Assembly (NCBI GenBank): GCA_951406725.2
Contig: OX597828.1
Span: forward strand, 36,394,001 to 36,458,000
Origin: Octopus vulgaris
Taxonomy: Eukaryota
Direction of reading: 5' to 3'
DNA: 64,000 nt
Shown here: positions 61,581 through 64,000 of the stretch, one piece after another
Numbering within the stretch: position 1 is the stretch's first letter
Layout of the letters: each line of letters begins with the position of its first letter
Notes under the pieces: generated by a model
The model's input: the letters and a program-made list of their open reading frames with translations, nothing else
Databases searched by the model: none
Told to the model about the DNA's origin: nothing
Program-made: the position numbers and the translations under genes

Positions 61581-62580
61581 GTAAGGATCTGCTCATATCA
61601 TTTTCATATTGTTGCTTAGCCCCCAGGACAAACCCAGAATGAAAGACATTCCAGCTGTGATCGTTCTGTTCCTTTTTTGAAGATTGTAGGGGGAGATTTG
61701 GCTGCTACTTCTAGTATGTTAAACAACCATGTAGAGGTTTGTACTTTGGCTTGAATTGGTTTTTACCTGATGTCAGTGGTTAGTGCAACAGCTATAGGTT
61801 ATAATATATTCGGAGAAAGCTTCTTGTTCTGTATTCTTTCTATCCTAACCATAAATAGCAAAGAGTGAATTTCTCTGATTAATAGTTTGCCAGGTTTTGG
61901 AGGCAATATATCATTTGGTAATTATCACTATGATAATTGAACGATTTGATTTAAAAGTTTTATCAATTCATTGCTTAACCTATGATGCCTTTCTTAAACA
62001 GATCTGTCCTTCCCTGTGTGTGATGGAATGAAAGCGGAAAAGGAATATTTGATTCTATTTCATATATTCATTGTATTTCACAATATTTGATTATATTTCA
62101 TATATTTATAACAAAACAAAGTTTAAGGTTCTAGGTGGAAAAAAAAAGGTTATCTGACATATCTAGGTGTATGGTGGTTTTAGACTTGTTTGTCATCCTT
62201 GTGTCTTGTATATTTTTCATTTCTTTTTTCATGTTTCAATATTCGATCAGGTTATTGATTGTTTTCAGGCTGTAGAATTCCTGTTGTCCCAACAGAGGAA
62301 AATGCATAAGATTGAGACTTAAATAATGTTAAACCATTTTTTTCAAATGCTATGTGTTCAATCCCATAACACGTATGACTTGGAAGCATAGCAGTCGTTC
62401 AGGGAAGAGTTTGCACATCATGTACCTAGATGCATAAGTATCAGTGTTTTAGTTGTTTCCAGTTTACTCCTGTTTGGCCTTTGCAAGCATCATTTCTCCA
62501 TCGAATTTCTTCACACACATGTACACAGTTCACTGACAGTAATGTTGCATTTAAAGACATTGCTGTCTGTTGTTTCTCAG

Positions 62581-62736
62581 GTCTGAAGATTGGCAAGGTA
62601 GTGATGATGACGATGATGATGATGATGACGATGATGATGACATTCGTAAAAAAAATAAGAAAGAAAAAGATAGCGATGATGATGATAGCAGCTATAGTGA
62701 TGATTTCAAACCACCCGCTCGTCGTTCACAAAGCAA
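62581..62736 (+). CDS. CHD1: CHD1/CHD2-family exon (gene continues beyond the window)
   Basis: TGTTTCTCAG|(E)SEDWQGSDDDD...KKNKKEKDSDDDDSSYSDDFKPPARRSQS|GTAAGC. Phase 2 in matches the previous exon, and EDWQ recalls vertebrate CHD1 DEDWQ. Confidence 0.85.
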
Positions 62737-62873
62737 GTAAGCACAAATCATATATCTCTATATAAAATTGCGATCCATCTGTGTCTACCCCTCCACCGGA
62801 AGTCTATACTGCACATCCATATTACTTTTCTCCAATTGTACTTGTGGCTGTGTATGTATATGTTTGTATGTGT

Positions 62874-63209
62874 GAAGGCACATGGCTCAGTGGTTACAGC
62901 ATTGGGCTCACAATCATGAGGTAGTGAGTTCAATTCCTGAACCAGGCTGTGTGTTGTGTTCTTGAGCAAGACATTTTATTTCACGTTGCTCCAGTCCACT
63001 CAACTGTAGAAATGAGTTGCGATGTTACTGGTGCCAAACTTTATCGGCCTTTGCCTTTTCCCTTGGATAACATCAATTGCATGGAGAGGAGAGGCTGGTA
63101 TGCATGGGCAACTGCTGGTCTTCCATAAAAAACAATGTTACCTGGACTTGTGTTTCAGATGGGAACTTTCTAGCTGCAATCCCATGGTCATTCATGACCA
63201 AAGGGGGTC
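62874..63209 (+). mobile_element. SINE family A, full length
   Basis: GAAGGCACATGGCTCAGTGG head, GAGTTCAATTCC B box, ending CATGACCAAAGGGGGTC. Confidence 0.88.
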
Positions 63210-63449
63210 TTGTGTGTGTTTGTTCATTGTTTTAACAGAAAATTATGTATTTGTTCTTGTATCAGTGTGTGTATCTATGTAATTGTTATATTGTAACTCG
63301 TTCAGAAATGGAATATAAGGATAAAAATCACTAACATGATTAATCATGTTAATGATTTTTATCAGGTAGTCGGCATGCAATGAAAATTTATAGGTAATTT
63401 ATACATTAAATTGATAATATATATATGTATATAATTATATTAAGGGAGC

Positions 63450-63621
63450 AAGGGCGAAAACGACCTAACTCCGACATGCTTTAAGTGCTGAGACCTTCAA
63501 AAAACCACCAAAAACTCCAGACTAACTATACACATGGCTGAAAGTGGGCTAGTGAATTTTGTTAGTTTTTTTTAAGGTCTCAGCACTTCAAGCATGTTGG
63601 AGTTAGGTTGTTTTCGCCCTT
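63450..63621. mobile_element. MITE with about 55-bp TIRs near TTAA sites
   Basis: AAGGGCGAAAACGACCTAACTCCGACATGCTTTAAGTGCTGAGACCTT mirrors AAGGTCTCAGCACTTCAAGCATGTTGGAGTTAGGTTGTTTTCGCCCTT. Confidence 0.85.
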
Positions 63622-64000
63622 AATCGTTAAGAAATATCTTCAATTGTATCAGTTTGTTCCATCAGTTGAATCCAACTCATGATAAATAAAATAACAAGCA
63701 AAACAAAAATATGGAAAAGAAACACCACCCAGTAAAATAACTATTATGTATCATTGAGAAAACCTCTCTGTAATCACTTGACCTGCTAGAGATAGCAGCC
63801 AAATCCCCCTGCAAGTTACCACCTATACTGTCTTAAAAAAAGAGAAGGATATATTTGACACTGTAGTATTAGATGTACACAAATAAATGAGGTCATGATT
63901 GGAAAACCTTTGATCTGGGGCTAAAAAGTACCCCCTTGACATGCATTCATTTAAAATTAATTAGAAATTACAAAATTATCAGAGGATCAAAATATTAAAC

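Overview
Eukaryotic, AT-rich, repeat-dense genomic DNA. It is most likely an octopus (coleoid cephalopod) genome, inferred from the SINE families and the abundant TA/TG/TATG/GAT microsatellites; there are no prokaryotic features. The one well-supported host gene is the 5' part of a CHD1/CHD2-family chromatin remodeller on the + strand. Five phase-consistent coding exons lie at 53299-62736 and the gene continues beyond the window. A 5'-truncated but nearly intact CR1-group LINE occupies about 5136-8309. The rest consists of at least five SINE families, Helitron and Helentron non-autonomous elements, several foldback/MITE DNA elements and Penelope-like fragments. The most interesting observations are: (1) a candidate spliced, ATGG-rich non-coding transcript directly upstream of the CHD gene, resembling the Chaserr/CHD2 arrangement; (2) several minimal type I hammerhead ribozyme motifs; (3) a roughly 178-bp near-identical tract between two otherwise diverged inverted SINEs 63 kb apart; (4) an inverted SINE pair flanking a large acidic CHD exon; (5) foldback elements carrying telomere-type hexamers or captured transposase C-termini. 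All family assignments come from reading the sequence and from recalled motifs; no searches were run.
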